This document shows, piece by piece, positions 23,761 through 35,760 of a DNA stretch of 64,000 bases. Both the position numbers and the translations under genes were made by a program. Numbering within the stretch: position 1 is the first letter of the stretch; the number at the start of each line of letters is the position of its first letter. The notes under the pieces are model-generated. The model was not told where the DNA came from. It was given only the letters and a program-made list of their open reading frames with translations, and made no database searches. The stretch is from Octopus vulgaris (lineage: Eukaryota), in contig OX597817.1 in assembly GCA_951406725.2 (NCBI GenBank), forward strand, positions 41,664,001 to 41,728,000, given 5' to 3'.

Positions 23761-26414
23761 TGGAGACATATACATTCGTAATTAAGAGAAAAGTAAAGCT
23801 GTTAGATCATGTAAGAGAGCAAAATAATTTTTGCCTCTCTGAGTATTTGCAACCAAGATATGAAAGGTGAATAAATCTTCCCTCACATACTTATGCTCTG
23901 AATGGTGTAATGTGATGAAAGGTTTGTTGTGAAGAATGTGAGATTTAAAGAATGGCTTCTGTTCTATAATTCCAAGTGTGATATCTATTTTCCGCTATGA
24001 TTAGTCAATGTTATGGAGAGATATGTCTGATCAAGAAGTTATCTTAAATGATATACATCTTCAAGAGTTTGCATATGTAGTCAGAAACTGGATTGTAACA
24101 AGAGGTGTGATAAGAAGGTGTCCAGTTGAACCCATGAAAGCTGAAGCAAGCATTAATATAAGATTCTGACATGAAAGAAATGCCAACTCTCTCTGAAGAG
24201 TCAGGGGTCTTGTCATGGAAGGTAATGGAAAAATGGAACGAGTTGGTATAATTCATTTTGAATGAGAATGACTCCATTTCATCCCTTGCTGAGTGAGACT
24301 AGGTGAAAAAAGGAAAACAAAAAAATAGTTTTTAAATAAAGATACCAAATGTAATGACTACAGAGGAAAAAAAAAGAGTTTTTAGATATATATATGGAAT
24401 CTAAACTTATACCATAAACGTGCCTAGAAATCAATTATCTCAAGAATTTTTATGATGTTTTCTGTATTAGTTGAAGAAAATTTAGTTGCTGCTTTAGTAA
24501 CTAAGCCATTTCTGAAGATTGTTGAAGAACGAATCTATAGTGCTTTATCTGTCATAATGCCTTAGTATCCTTTTCAAACTTATAAACTGACAATAATGGC
24601 AACAATATTGCTGACAGAGATGTCTGTTAATGATTATTTTCATTCACAATTGTACTTTTTTAGAAGCACAAACAAAACAAAAAACAACCTACTGATTCCA
24701 AGAGCCTTGCCTTTATCTGCAGTCAGATCATTTAATATGCAACTTTTCTCAGAATGTAAAAAGACCTCAATAAGTCACATAAATTGGATTATATTCCATC
24801 AGTCTCTGACTGTTTCTACAAGCTAAATGATTGCTAATGCATAACATCTCTCACAAGATACCATATTAATATTTATAAACAACATTTGCACAGAAGACAC
24901 AAAATATAAACCTAGAAAAAAATAACATTTAAGGTATTAGTTTTTTTTGTTGTTTCATTTTTTTATCAACAACCTTTGTTATTATGTATATTGAGCTCTA
25001 TTTTAGTAATCTAACTAAAACCTTGAACAGTATAGTTTAATATAGCATACTATAAAATGTGGCTATGCTGATAAAGTACACTGATGTATACTCAGAGCTA
25101 TTGATAACAGAACTAAATACAAGAGAAATTAGTTGCTCTGATGCAGTGGAAAAGGTGGGGGAAAAAACCTATCTAATACAAAATTTAGGAAGAACATTTT
25201 TCTCTGCACACTTGTAATTACAAGAATCTATATGGTAGATTAAAATTTGTGTGACATACTTACAATATTTTCAGGTATGGTTCTTAGCCACTAAGTTAGT
25301 TACTTACCTAAAATTAAAGAAAATAATACAAGCTTTGATTATTTCACTCACAAATAAACAAATACATATTGATAAGATAAAAAAAGAAACAATAGCCAAT
25401 TATTAAAAAAATAACTCTCTGAAAGAAAAAATGAATTAAAAAAGAATGAAGGGTTAATGCGAAATATTATAAATACAGAACATTTGAGATTTCAAGAAAA
25501 AATAAGTAGACAGCTGTCTACATTATTGATCACACAAAAGAAAAAATGTCTTGAAGGTCAAAAATTTTTTATGGCATTCTACTATTATCCAGAGTAAAAC
25601 AAATTACTTGATTTACTTAAATTATAACCTGAGATACCACTCCACTCCTTTTGCAATTAAAGTGTTGATATTAGCAAAAGCATTCAGCTGTGGTTACTAC
25701 AACAATTCATGCAAACGGGCGAAATTGGATGCAAAAGTATTAAAATAATGATCTCTCCTGTTATAATTGAATAAGCTTCCAGTGCCTTAAGTGTTGCTGT
25801 ATACATCACTAACAACATTTTTAAGTCATGGAAGCAGCTTCTGCTAGCTAATATGTGAATTAATGATGAATCTCACAGCAGAGGCATGCTAACATATTTT
25901 CAAGCTGAGGTAGTAAAAGAGCCAGTAAGCTTCTTATGAATGTTTGCTTAAACAGCACGACTGTAAACAACCAAGTAAGTAGCTTGTTATCTTCTCAATA
26001 TGTGGTCATTGATAGCTGTTTATTAAAATAACATTTTTCTATCACTCAAAATACAGTCTGCTTCAGTAGCCAACCAGCATTACAAAACTGTCTTTATAAT
26101 AAATAATTAATAGCTTGCTTCAAACTTTTCTTGTGGAAAAAACAAACAAACAATAGAATCGCTTTTCTTCAAAGTTAAATTGAAGTGCTGCAGCAGATAT
26201 TGATGTAAATACTGAAATTATAACTTCTTCAAGAAATAAAACAGTGGTCAGATGGAGGGGTGATGTCCTCAAAGAGTAGAGATATTTAATTGTGATTTAT
26301 AAACTTGTTTAAATACTAAGCACAATATTTTTAATCTCTTTGTTTTTTTCCTAATTAGTGTCTTCCTTTTTTAATCATTTTGTCTCCATAACGTTATTTG
26401 GATGATTCTGTACT

Positions 26415-26800
26415 GTGGCTGTGTGGTAAGTAGCTCACTTCCCAACCACATGGTTCGGGGGTTCAGTCCCACTGTGTGGCACCCTGGGCAAGTGTCTTCT
26501 ACTATAGCCTCAGGTCGACCAAAGTCTTGTGAGTGGATTTTGTAGATGGAAACTGAAAGAAGCCTGTCATGGGTGTTTATGTGTGTGTCTGTGTTTGTCC
26601 CCCCCACCACCACCACCATCATTGGACAACAAACATTGGTGTGTTTACATCCCTGTAACTTAACAGTTTGGCAAAAAAGACCAATAGGTTAAATACTAGG
26701 CTTACAAAGAATTAAGTCCTGGGGGTCGATTTATTCAACTAAAGGTGGTGCTCCAGCATGGCCGCAGTCACATGACTGAAACAAGTAAAAGAGCAAAAGA
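26415..26800 (+). mobile_element. SINE family A
   Basis: Head, body and tail match the family. Confidence 0.9.
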
Positions 26801-26807
26801 AAACCTT

Positions 26808-27032
26808 AAGGTGGCAAGCTGACAGAACTGTTACTCTGCCAGGCGAAATGCTGAGTAGCATTTCATCCACCTTTACATTCTGAGTTCAAATTCTGCCAAG
26901 GTCAGTTTTGCTTTTGCTTTTCCCCTTTTTGGGAGTCATCAAAATAAGTAACAGCTGATCGCTGGGTCGATGTAATCAACTTACCCCGTCTCCCTAAAAT
27001 TACTGGCCTTGCGCCAAAATGTGAAACCAATA
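26808..27032 (+). mobile_element. SINE family B
   Basis: AAGGTGGCAAGCTGACAGAA..TTCTGAGTTCAAATTC..GGCCTTGCGCCAAAAT. Confidence 0.87.
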
Positions 27033-27069
27033 TATTTTCACAACTTTTACTTCTTGACTGAAGGAGTCT

Positions 27070-27253
27070 AGGACATTTTCCCCACCCCACCCCAATGACA
27101 ATTACTCCAGAGGACAGCAGATGATGATTTCAAAAATTCTTAATATATTGGAGAGTGGGTAATTAACCAAGGGGGATAATTCTCCTAGGGGTTAGTTGTC
27201 AGTGGGAATTGTCCTGGCGGTGGGGGGCGACTTCATAGGTGGGTAAATGTCCT
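27070..27253. mobile_element. Small TIR element with G-rich subterminal repeats, superfamily unassigned
   Basis: AGGACATTTTCCC and GGGTAAATGTCCT inverted ends; internal GGGAATTGTCC-like repeats. Confidence 0.55.
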
Positions 27254-27555
27254 GATACGGATTGAAGAGATCATAAAGTTTGTTGTTTCACACACAATTA
27301 CACAATCAGTTACATTGTTGTTTTAACGTTCATTCTACAATGAAGGTATTAAATGGACATAGTTTTTGGTATGTGATCACCTGACCTGGTATAATGCCTA
27401 ACAAAATTTTATCCAAACTAATTCTAGTTGGGTCTGACTTTGCACTGATTGGCTTCAATTATCATAAGTCAGTCCAAGGTCCACTTTATCCCCCCCTCCC
27501 GCCCACTCCTCATTTCATCTTGTGAATTAGCTTTGTACATACAGCAGCTTATAAT

Positions 27556-27770
27556 CTTTTCTATTCTAGGCACAGGGCCCAAAATTTTTGGGGAGGGTAC
27601 CAGTCGATTAGATTGACTCCAGTATGCAACTGGTACTTAATTTATGGACCCCAAAAGGATGAAAGGCAAAGTCGAACCTCAGCGGAATTTGAACTCAGAA
27701 CATAAAGACAGATGAAATACCGCTAAGCATTTTGTCCAGTGTGATAACGTTTCTGTCAGATCACTGCCTT
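27556..27770 (-). mobile_element. SINE family B
   Basis: Reverse complement of family B; flanked by GCAGCTTATAAT on both sides (possible TSD). Confidence 0.88.
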
Positions 27771-28188
27771 GCATAGAGCAGCTTATAATGACAGCTATTT
27801 CAGTCACTGAGAATATCATAACCATTTCTAATTAAATATGTATATAACATATATAATACCTACAGTGCTGAATGCATTCAACATGTCATGGATAGACCAG
27901 TGGATCTCCTAGCCAGTCCCCACTTCTTTAATTATCAAACTAACACTCAATTAACCCCTACAGCTGGCACTTGCACCAGTTCATTTACGAAGGTCTTCAA
28001 TACATCACCTATTTATCTCTCTTCGTTATGAATAAGGTTGGCAGTAAGAATGAGTGCAGCATCATTTTAGTCCTAATTCCAACCCAATGACACTGAATAT
28101 AATGCCTTGAATTAGGAAAATCTTAGACATATCTTTCTTATGGCAAAGAAAAATTGCAAAGTTCTATTAAGCAGCTTCAATCTAGAGA

Positions 28189-28507
28189 AGAATTCTGCTC
28201 TACATAAATAAAATCGGTCAGTGCCATGTAGCTGGTTGTCTCTTAGGACATATTCTATTAGCTCCATATCTTCCTACTCTTTTCTGTTTAATTAGGTGTC
28301 ATCTGTGCTAATTAGAAGTTGTGCTTAATGAGATCTTCCAATCAAGAATTCTACCCCACATATATGGAATTAGTCAGTGTCTTGTAGAAGGTTGTCTCTT
28401 AGGAGTATACAAGCCTTCTGTAAATTCTGTAGCTTCCAATTCCTCTCTATTTAAACAGGTATCTTCTGGTGCTAATAAGAAATTTTAGTTAATGAGATCT
28501 TTCAACT
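28189..28507. repeat. Diverged tandem duplication, unit about 156 bp
   Basis: AGAATTCT..GTCAGTG..GGTTGTCTCTTAGGA..GTGCTAAT..TTAATGAGATCTT occurs twice, starting at 28189 and 28345. Confidence 0.8.
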
Positions 28508-28908
28508 TCGTTTACTTATGATTCATTTCTTAATTTTCTGTTCCTCAACCTGACATTTCTAAATACTAATCCATAGAAAGTTGACATGTTCTTCACATGT
28601 GAGAGAGAGAGATTTGGCGTTCACAGCTATTTACCTGGTTGATTTTTTTTTCAAGAAAGGAAGGACAACTTAGTTACCATGCACACCTGAGCCATAACTG
28701 TAACCAGTTGGCAAGCTGGTTTACAGAAATGTGTTGAAAATAGCAAGATTATTTAGGATTGTTTACAGCAAACATTCCCAAGAGTCTTGTCACATTTAAT
28801 TCATATTTTCTTTTTTACTTCTTCAATTATTTAAAAAATTATTTTAAAAGGAACAGCTAAAAAAACATCCGTTTATCTTTCTCAAGAATAAATAAAAAGA
28901 ATTGTACT

Positions 28909-29334
28909 GCATAGGAGTGGCTGTGTGGTAAGTAGCTTGCTTACCAGCCACATGGTTCTGGGTTCAGTCCCACTGCATGGCACCTTGGGCAAGTGTCTTC
29001 TACTATAGCCTTGGGCCAACCAAAGCCTTGTGAGTAGATTTGGTAGAGGGAAACTGAAAGAAGCCTGTCATATATATGCATATATATATGTATGTGTTTG
29101 TATATGTTTGTGTGTCTGTGTTTGTCGTCCCCCCCCCCCCCCAACATAACTTAACAACCGATGCTGGTGTGTTTACGTCCCCATAACTTAGCGGTTTGGC
29201 AAAAGAGACCAATAGAATAAGTACTAGGCTTACAAAGAATAAGTCCTAGGGGTCGATTTGCTCGACTAAAGGCAGTGCTCCAGCATGGCCACAGTCAAAT
29301 GACTGAAACAAGTAAAAGAGTAAAGAGTAAAAGA
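28909..29334 (+). mobile_element. SINE family A, full length
   Basis: Close match to the 20889 and 45794 copies. Confidence 0.92.
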
Positions 29335-29649
29335 TTATTTTATGGTTATATCAGAATGAGCAGAAGTAAAAGAATAACTATCCAACAATTAAATTGTTAA
29401 TCTTTAGTCTAGATACAAGTGTTTGGTGCTTGAAAGGCTGTTTGAGCTAGATGCCATATCTACTGTAGAATGAAGCAGTCATCTTGCGTACCCAGTTACA
29501 ATTAATAAGTGTTACTAAACACACATATGTTAGCCATATTAATTTGGAAATATAGAGCATGAATACTTATAGACATGTTGATGTTAAAAAAAATAATAAA
29601 TAAATCAGAGCGAAAAGCAAAAATAAAGAAATTGTAATTTTATTGAAGC

Positions 29650-30120
29650 ACAGGCTTAGCCATGTGATGGAAGAATTTTGTTTTGCAGCTATGTGTGGTC
29701 TCATTGTGCATTATCTTCTAATGTAGTATTAAGTTGATCAAGGCTTTGTCGGAGGGATTTAGTAGATGAAAACTGTGCAGAAACCTGGTGTGTGATTGCG
29801 AGGAATTATTTTTGCCACCGTCTCAGATTGTGTCCTTGTATATCAATGATGTAACTTAGCAACTCAATGAATGGAGAATGTTAAAGTCATCATCATCGTT
29901 TAACGTCCATTTTCCATGCTGGCATGGGTTGGACAGTTTGACTGAGGACTGGCGAGCCAGGAGGCTGCACCAGGCTCCAATCTGATCTGGCAAAGTTTCT
30001 ACAGTTAAAGTATGTAACTGAATTAATTCAGAACTAAAGTTGTTATACAGGATTAAAACCTTATGAGGTGGTGTCCCAACAGAGTCGCAGTCCGATAACT
30101 AAGGCCAGTGAAAGTTTAAA
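29650..30120 (+). mobile_element. Old SINE A copy interrupted by an RTE 3'-UTR fragment (29888-30005, minus strand)
   Basis: Decayed head and tail flank a well-preserved CATCATCGTTTAACGTCC..CTGGCAAAGTTTCTACAG; GTTAAAGT on both sides of the insert. Confidence 0.65.
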
Positions 30121-31011
30121 CAGTAGCTCTTTAGCTGTGTAATACGGAAGAAAGAGATCACCACACTATAATGGTTTATGCTATTTGTAGATCTCTGCAT
30201 AAAAGCATGCACATACATTATACGATACTAAGAATAAAACAATTACTTATGTGTAACTTACATTGAATATTCAGACAGCATAACACTGGGTAGTAATAAT
30301 CATTAACATATTCGTTTATAAATAGAAGAAATTTTACAAAATATTATCAGTAAATAGTCTCTACCAGCAGTGATATATAACATAATTCAACAGTCTACAA
30401 AGAATTTGCATGCAAGCTATTGTCTGTTTAGACAAAAAAAAGGTTGAGAAGAATATGTTTTTTTTTCATTAAAAGGATATCTGGGAACAAAATTTATCTC
30501 CTGGACCCACTATTATTTCTGGGGGTTCGATTCTCATTAAGCATCTAATTTATTGCCAACAATCACTTAGGTGTGCTAAATAATGGTGTAGCCATTATTT
30601 CCAAAAAAAGTTGTCAGCTGCATCAAAGATTATTATTTTTCTCCTGATGTGTTGGTTTAAAGTTAGACAGATAATTTTTCTGCACTACTTTTACACAACT
30701 TTAAAACACTATAGGCAATGTCTACTGCAGACAAAAGAACTATCAAAGCTATTGTGCTGATTTATATAGACAAACTGAAAAGGAATGATATGATTCTATA
30801 TACTTTGTGTGAGATCATATTCTGAGTAGACTCTGAAACCTGGAAACAAATTCAGCCTAATTAACACTTACACTCTGTTTAAAATTCATTGCAAGTTTCA
30901 AACCAGGAATGCAATTTTACAGTATTTAACTACAACAAATTATTTCCACACTTCTTAACCACACAAAGCATTCCTACCTCTTTTAGGTTGATATAATTTT
31001 GCTTAATTTTA

Positions 31012-31405
31012 ACCATTATCATTTAACATCCGTTTTCCATGCTAGCATGGGTTGGATGGTTTAACAGGAGCTGGTCAGCTGAAGAGCTGCCCAAGATTCA
31101 TGTCTATTTTGGCATAGTTTTTATGGCTGGATGCCCTTCCTAATACCAACTACTTTACAAAGTATACTGGGTGTTGTTACACAGCACCAGCATGGATGCT
31201 TTTTATGTGGCACCCGCATTCATAAGCCTGTAAGATTAGGGTTGCTCAGCAGAAGAGGGATGTAGCAGACATGCCTCTATGCAAGAACAACCACAATTTT
31301 ATTTAGCTTGAATTGTCTTCTCAAGCACAGCAAATTACCAGGTGTCTCAGCCTCTTATCATCCCCTCCATGAGACTCAACATTTGAAGATCCTTTCTCAC
31401 CAATT
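31012..31405 (-). mobile_element. 5'-truncated RTE LINE: 3' UTR contiguous with C-terminal coding remnant
   Basis: Family C sequence continues into minus-strand DLQMLSLMEGM..FAVLEKT, similar to the RTE end near 37120-37190. Confidence 0.75.
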
Positions 31406-31639
31406 CCATCAGTTTCCAGTTCAAGGTTTTCAACAGAGCATTGTCTTCAGTTACTCTGCTTTCAGTGAATAACTCTGGAAAATGTGTATGTTTCATACAT
31501 TCATATTATTAAGATTATTAACAAGATAAAATTGAGGTAGCTTGGACCAAACTTTATACAGACAAGGAATATAGACTGAAATTTTTTGAGAAGAATTTCT
31601 ACATAAGCTCAAAAACATATTAGGTGATTTATATGTTGA

Positions 31640-33560
31640 AAAGGAGATAGAAAACTACAACAGAGAAGAGAATTTGGAGTTTCTACAAGATTTGCTGCCC
31701 ACTGCAGAGCAGACCTGTGAGGAACAAAGTGAAGAGTAAGGAACAATATCAGCCAGCTAGAAGAGAGATTAGACTTCATGTATACTTAACAAGGAGAGAA
31801 GGGAAAAATAAATCGTTCTGTGACATAAGGATCAGTGGGTATGGAGTGTGCTGAACTGCAAAGCAGTATGAATCAGGAGGTTATTGGGGGGAAGTGTTTA
31901 TGTAATGACATTGTGCACCTATTTCACTGATACTGAGAAGAAAGATGCATAGAAATGTGATGAGATGTTGCAGGTGTAGAAATCTGAGAGAGAAAGAGAC
32001 TAGCTATCTCAAATTGATCCAACAGAGGGACTAAGGCACTGAAAATGACAGATATACAATCAAAATGGCCATTAAGGATATGAAACAAGCCACACGTTAA
32101 TTACTCAACCAGGAAGTCAATGTCCAAGGAATCGTTACCAATAACTGGCATAGAGGTATCATTTTCAACAGTTACAAGGGCAAAAGAGATGCTTCAAAAA
32201 GTAGCAACTATAGAAAGAGTTATAACACTTAAATTAGGAAGAAAATCAACTTAGATGAGATGTAGTTTGTACCAGGATAGGATACAACTAAAGGCCTTTT
32301 CTGAGTGGGACTAGGCAAGCCATTACATATAGCATTTGATGATACAGAGAAGGCCTTTCACAAGGTACCACCATCCATAGTCTGATGGTTGCTAAGAAAA
32401 CTAGGTGAAAAGAAATGGCTTTTGAGAATCATGTAAGTCATGTATAGTGGTGTTGTAAGGTGTGAGTTAGTGATGAGTTCAGCAAGGAATCTAGAGTGCC
32501 AGTAAGGTGTCTATTAGGGGTCAGTTCTAAGTCTACTTCTGCTTAGAGTTCTTCAGGCATAACAGGAGTTTAAAACAGGCTGTCCAAGAGAATTTCTGTA
32601 TGCTGGTGACCAACTCATTATAATTGAATTTTTCAAGAAATTACAGAAGAAATTCCAAAGAAGAAAGTAAAATTTTGAACTGAATAATCATAAAGTAAAC
32701 CCATCAAAAACAAAAGATTTGGTTAGCAGAAAAGGAAAGAATACATCAGTGCCATCTGAGAAATGGGATTAATCCAAATGCAGAGAGGTGCTACATAAGA
32801 ATATTACAGAGTGTATATGTAATGCACACTATGAGTGCATAAAAGGGTGAGTAGGATCACTAACAGGCTGAGAGCAAAGGATATTGTATGCAGCAGATGT
32901 ACAGGTGTTACGAACAGTAAGAGCAAACATGAAATGAATTCAAGTATTTGGAGATCTATAGAATTAGTAGATAGCTTCTTTTAGCTCAGCTTCTGTTACC
33001 TCATAGCAGTAGAAGAGAGTGTTCTAAAAGCTGAATAGTCAGCATAAGAACAGGGTGGAAGAAATTCAGGTAACTATGACTTCTGTTGGCAACAAAGGGA
33101 ATATTTCACTAAGTGAACAGCAGATTGTATGATACTTGTGTATGAAGTATGATGTAAAGTAATGATGAAACATGGGAATTAAATGCAAAGATTGGGGAAA
33201 AAAATAGGATGAGCATACTCTGTTGGATGTGTAATACAAGGATGAGCTAAGAGAAAAACAAAGTATAATGATATGTAGTGACTCAGAATGATTTGTAATG
33301 TGCTAAATGAAAAACTGAGCTGATAAACAGATGTGATGATTATGAAGGATGAAAATTGGGTGAAGAGGTATCAAGTAATCCAATGAGAAGGAAGCACAAG
33401 AAAAGAAAACTAAGAAAAACATGATAAATGTCGAGGGATGATCTTAACAGACTGAACTTAACAAAAGAAATGGCAAGAGACTGCAACAGGCTGTACAGAA
33501 GAAGACTTGTCCAAACCATGCAAGCATTGGAAAAGGAGTGTAAAATGATGAAATGGTGGT
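31640..33560 (+). mobile_element. Decayed RTE-clade LINE (reverse transcriptase to 3' end)
   Basis: Broken-frame motifs KGKRDA, NYR, INLDEM, PLHIAFDDTEKAFHKVP, GVY*GSVLS, FLYAGD (YADD site); ends CCATGCAAGCATTGGAAAAGG..GATGA; many stops and frameshifts. Confidence 0.85.
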
Positions 33561-33603
33561 GAAAGGTGATCATGTTGAAGATTATACAGAAATACACAGG
33601 AAC

Positions 33604-33644
<41 letters not shown>

Positions 33645-33650
<6 letters not shown>

Positions 33651-33886
33651 GTCTGGGGAGAGTCATTCTCTTTTAGTGCCTTATAATTTAACACACTCAC
33701 CGGTAAAATGTCCACTCATTTACTTATTTATTTTTCTAAAATTTTTGTTGTCTTGCAACCTTCTATTGAAAAGGTTGCAAGACGCAATGAAAGTTTTAGA
33801 AAAATAAATAAATGAGTGGAAATTTTACCGGTGAATTTGTTAAATTATAAGGCACTAAAAGAGAATGACTCTCCCCAGACACAACA
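33645..33886. repeat. 242-bp palindrome with arms of about 117 bp, flanked by (TA)n
   Basis: Outer 49 bp are a perfect inverted repeat; loop at about 33763-33770. Confidence 0.95.
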
Positions 33887-34005
33887 GAATATGCTTCAAC
33901 ACACAGACTCACATAAAGAATCTTGCAAACCAAATCCAAAAATGAAATTTTATATATATATATATATGAGGCGAAACAGCCTGCTGCTAGCCATCTTATT
34001 TACTT

Positions 34006-34095
<90 letters not shown>

Positions 34096-34198
34096 CTAAA
34101 TAGATGGATGGATGGATATTGTTTACTATTCCACTAAGGTAAGAGCAACAAAAAAGCACCCCATCCAGTGAGAGATAAATATTATTTAATACTGAATT

Positions 34199-34437
34199 AA
34201 GATAAGAGCTACTTATGATTTCTTGCTATGAAGACATGTAGCCTGGCAGGTTTTTTTAACATACTTTGTGTCTCCAGGCAATCTTTGAATACAGTCCATC
34301 CAGCTGTGAACAGATATTGTAAGGGTATACAATAAGTGTTACTAACCCTGAAGATTGTTTGGAGACACAAGGCATGTTATAAAAACCTGCTGAGAGCCAC
34401 GTCTCTAAAGCAAGAAATTACTAGTAGCTCATATCTT
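34199..34437. repeat. Imperfect inverted repeat, arms about 90 bp, spacer about 60 bp
   Basis: GAGCTACT..ATTTCTTGCT..GCAGGTTTTT..TGTGTCTCCA..CAATCTT is mirrored at 34350-34437. Confidence 0.85.
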
Positions 34438-34668
34438 TATAATATGTACATTTAATAATAATAATAATAATAATAATATATATAGATGTATGTATAAAAT
34501 ACAAAATGGGACAAGAACACAAAACATCCGGACAACTAGGTAATACAAAAAGGGACAACAAAACATTCAAATAGACGATACAAAGAAAACAAGGAAGATC
34601 ATTTCAAGTTTTCTATCTTGAGTCAAGAACCAGATTATCCTTGCAATTTCGGCTGATTATCCTTGAAA

Positions 34669-34692
34669 TGGTACCTTGTTGTGAAAGTATTT

Positions 34693-34740
<48 letters not shown>

Positions 34741-34764
34741 AAATACTTTCACAACAAGGTACCA
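34669..34764. repeat. Perfect 96-bp palindrome: 26-bp arms around (TA)22
   Basis: TGGTACCTTGTTGTGAAAGTATTTCC-(TA)22-GGAAATACTTTCACAACAAGGTACCA. Confidence 0.97.
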
Positions 34765-34829
34765 ATTTTTGCTCTATTTCACTGGAAAATAATATAATTG
34801 TTATTATAATAATATTTATATTTTATCGC

Positions 34830-35222
34830 TACCTCATCAGCATTGCCCAAATGATGTTAGTATCACCTGTAAGATACACCCAAGATTTGGGCCCCCGTGC
34901 TATCCGCCCACAACATAAATCACACTCGCATCTCATAACAACAATATGATACAATTATTTCACCTCAATTGGTTCTACTTTCTTTAACATTACACCAAAA
35001 CATATTAAAGCAGAAACAGACCCCATAAAGTTCAAGAAGTCTTAGGACAAATTCCTTCAAGAAATCTCAGACAAACCTCCTACACCTGGATATGTCTCTG
35101 TAAACAATGACACCTCACACAAGTGAGCCATGTTATCCGATTCCTGATTTGAATTACCTTGCCAGGTGGTGCTATTAAGCTAAACATGGCCTGAGCCAAT
35201 ACAGGCCGAAACCTATCAAAGT
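34830..35222 (+). mobile_element. 3' end of a CR1/L2-group LINE
   Basis: Translates as FNITPKHIKAETDPIKFKKS*DKFLQEISDKPPTPGYVSVNN, like the FK..LDKFL..IPD.P..PGY C-terminus; terminal stem-loop GGCCTG-AGCCAATA-CAGGCC. Confidence 0.7.
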
Positions 35223-35234
35223 ACACACACACAC

Positions 35235-35660
35235 CATCATCATCATCATTGTCGTTTAACATCTGCTTTCCATGCTGGCATGGGTTGGACTGTTTGACTG
35301 AGGACTGGTGAGCCAGAAGGCTGCTATAGGCTCATTCTGATCTGGCAAAGTTTCTACAGCTGGATGCCCTTCCTAATGCCAACCACTCCAAGAGTGTAGT
35401 GGGCGCTTTTACATACCACCGGCACAAGGGTCAGTTAGGCAGTTCTGGCAATGACCATGCTCAAAAGGTGTTTTTTATGTGCTTCCTGCATGGCAACGAC
35501 CAAGCTCAAATGCTTTTCATGTGCCGGTAAAGCAACACTGGCAACAATCATGCTTAAATGGTGCTTTTTATGTGCCATCAGCACAGGGGCCAATCCGTGG
35601 CCCTGGCAATGATCATGCTCAGATGTGCTTTTAATGTTCCACTGGCACAAGTACCAATCA
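35235..35660 (-). mobile_element. RTE LINE 3'-UTR fragment (family C) with internal repeats
   Basis: Family C motifs; GGCAAxGAxCATGCTCAAATG..TGCTTTT repeated about four times. Confidence 0.85.
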
Positions 35661-35707
35661 GGCTGTACTACATATATATATATATATATTATATATTATA
35701 TATTCAT

Positions 35708-35760
<53 letters not shown>

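Noticed and set aside
25906-25916. let-7-like TGAGGTAGTA
   Set aside because: Only 10 nt match and there is no precursor hairpin.
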